A stretch of 63,128 nucleotides of DNA, counting the filler, from Octopus bimaculoides (lineage: Eukaryota): the NCBI RefSeq assembly GCF_001194135.2. It is 6 parts of 6 records of this genome, joined end to end, with 100 filler letters (N's around TTAATTAATTAA, not from the genome) between each part and the next. Parts side by side here need not be neighbours in the genome. Positions count along the whole stretch, not along the records: positions 61,301 to 63,128 come from NW_026436872.1; 5 more parts are not named here. The stretch is one strand, 5' to 3'. Every line of letters starts with the position of its first letter. Position 1 is the first letter of the stretch. Below, one piece after another: positions 61,301 through 63,128 of the stretch. A program made the position numbers and the translations under genes. A model generated the notes under the pieces. That model was not told the DNA's origin. It worked only from the letters and a program-made list of their open reading frames with translations, and ran no database searches.

Positions 61301-63128
61301 TACGTAAGAACGAACGAACGTACGTACGTACGTAAGAACGAACGAACGAACGAACAAACGAACGAATGAACGTACGAAAGAACGAACGAACGTACGAATG
61401 AACGTACGTACGTAAGAACGAAGACACGAACGAACGTTTCGAACAAACGAACGAACGTACATACGTAAGAACGAATGAACGAACGAACAAAATACGTACG
61501 TACATAAGAACGAACGATTAAACTTACGAACGAACGAACGTACGTACGTACGTACGTAAGAACGAACGAACGAACGTACGAACGAACGTAAGTAAGAACG
61601 AACGAAAGAACGAATGTACGTTCATATGAACAAATGAACNNNNNNNNNNNNNNNNNNNNNNNNNNNNNNNNNNNNNNNNNNNNNNNNNNNNNNNNNNNNN
61701 NNNNNNNNNNNNNNNNNNNNNNNNNNNNNNNNNNNNNNNNNNNNNNNNNNNNNNNNNNNNNNNNNNNNNNNNNNNNNNNNNNNNNNNNNNNNNNNNNNNN
61801 NNNNNNNNNNNNNNNNNNNNNNNNNNNNNNNNNNNNNNNNNNNNNNNNNNNNNNNNNNNNNNNNNNNNNNNNNNNNNNNNNNNNNNNNNNNNNNNNNNNN
61901 NNNNNNNNNNNNNNNNNNNNNNNNNNNNNNNNNNNNNNNNNNNNNNNNNNNNNNNNNNNNNNNNNNNNNNNNNNNNNNNNNNNNNNNNNNNNNNNNNNNN
62001 NNNNNNNNNNNNNNNNNNNNNNNNNNNNNNNNNNNNNNNNNNNNNNNNNNNNNNNNNNNNNNNNNNNNNNNNNNNNNNNNNNNNNNNNNNNNNNNNNNNN
62101 NNNNNNNNNNNNNNNNNNNNNNNNNNNNNNGATCGAACGAACGAACGTACGTAAAAATGAACGAAAGAACAAACGAACGAACGAACGTACGTACGTAAGT
62201 ACGAACGAACTAACGTACGTACGTACGTACGTAAGAACGAACGAACGAACGAACAAACGTACGTACGTACGTATGTACGTAAGAACTAACGAACTAACGT
62301 ACGTACGTACGTAAGAACAAACGAACGTACGTAAGAACGAACGAACGAACGAATGTAAGTACGTAAGAACGAACGTACGTACGTAAGAACGAACGAACGA
62401 ACGTACGTACGTAAGAACGAACGAACGAACGTACGTACGTACGTAAGAACGAACACACGAACGTACGAACGTACGAACGAACGAACGACCGAACGAACGA
62501 ACGAACGAGCGAACGTACGTACGTAACAACGGACAAACGAACGAACGTACGAGCGAACGAACGAACGTACATGCGTAAGAACGAACGAACGAACGTACAC
62601 ACGTACGTAAGGACGAACGAACGAACGAACTAACGTACTTACGTAAAAACGAACGAACTAATGTACGTACGTAAAACGAACGAATGAACGGACGTACGAA
62701 CGAACGAACGTACGTACGTAAGAAAGAACGAACGAACGAGCGTACGAAAGAACGAATGACCGACAAACGAATAAACGAACGAACGAACGAACGAACGCAC
62801 GTACGTAAGTACGAACGAACGAACGTACGAACGAACGACCGAACGATCGAACGAACGATCGAACGAACGAACGTACGTAAGAATGAACGAAAGAACAAAC
62901 GAACGAACGAACGAACGTACGTACGTAAGTACGAACGAACTAACGTACGTACGTACGTACGTAAGAACGAAGGAACGAACGAACGAACGTACGTAACAAC
63001 GGACAAACGAACGAACGTACGAGCGAACGAACGAACGTACATGCGTAAGAACGAACGAACGTACACACGTACGTAAGGACGAACGAACGACAAACGAATA
63101 AACGAACGAACGAACGAACGTACGTACG
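61301..63128. repeat. CpG-rich complex tetranucleotide satellite (ACGA/ACGT with TAAG spacers)
   Basis: acgaacgaacgtacgtacgtaaga units; higher-order duplications ~62160-62245 vs ~62885-62970 and ~62515-62615 vs ~62985-63085. Confidence 0.95.

Noticed and set aside
61249-63093. Long ORFs (e.g. 614 aa YVRSFVRS..)
   Set aside because: Translations of the tetranucleotide satellite and of N gaps

Overview
AT-rich, microsatellite-dense eukaryotic genomic DNA. The SINE/LINE repertoire looks like Octopus or another coleoid cephalopod (inference). The window is six scaffold pieces joined by artificial 100-bp N44-TTAATTAATTAA-N44 spacers, so order and orientation across the joins are uncertain. Three host genes are partly present: four spliced exons of TGFBRAP1/VPS3 (minus strand, 15647 to 7385), the last coding exon of an NAPE-PLD homologue (plus, 19247-19363), and the last coding exon of a CD225/dispanin-type membrane protein with an unusually long C-terminal tail (minus, 34954-34501). 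The rest is mostly decayed mobile DNA: many Dong/R4-type REL LINE fragments abutting (TAA)n, RTE LINE pieces, a Penelope-like element (RT plus GIY-YIG) with a second partial copy, several tRNA-derived SINE families, mariner (DD34D) and maT (DD37D) remnants, a hAT MITE with a perfect TSD, Helitron/Helentron-like pieces, and a CpG-rich ACGA/ACGT satellite. The most notable observations are hammerhead-ribozyme folds in short Penelope-type repeats, an ~8.7-kb single-orientation retroelement cluster, an intronic ~290-bp inverted repeat, a 75-nt near-perfect hairpin, and a DR1 motif cluster after the NAPE-PLD stop. All homology calls are from recalled family motifs; no searches were run. Most TE boundaries are approximate.
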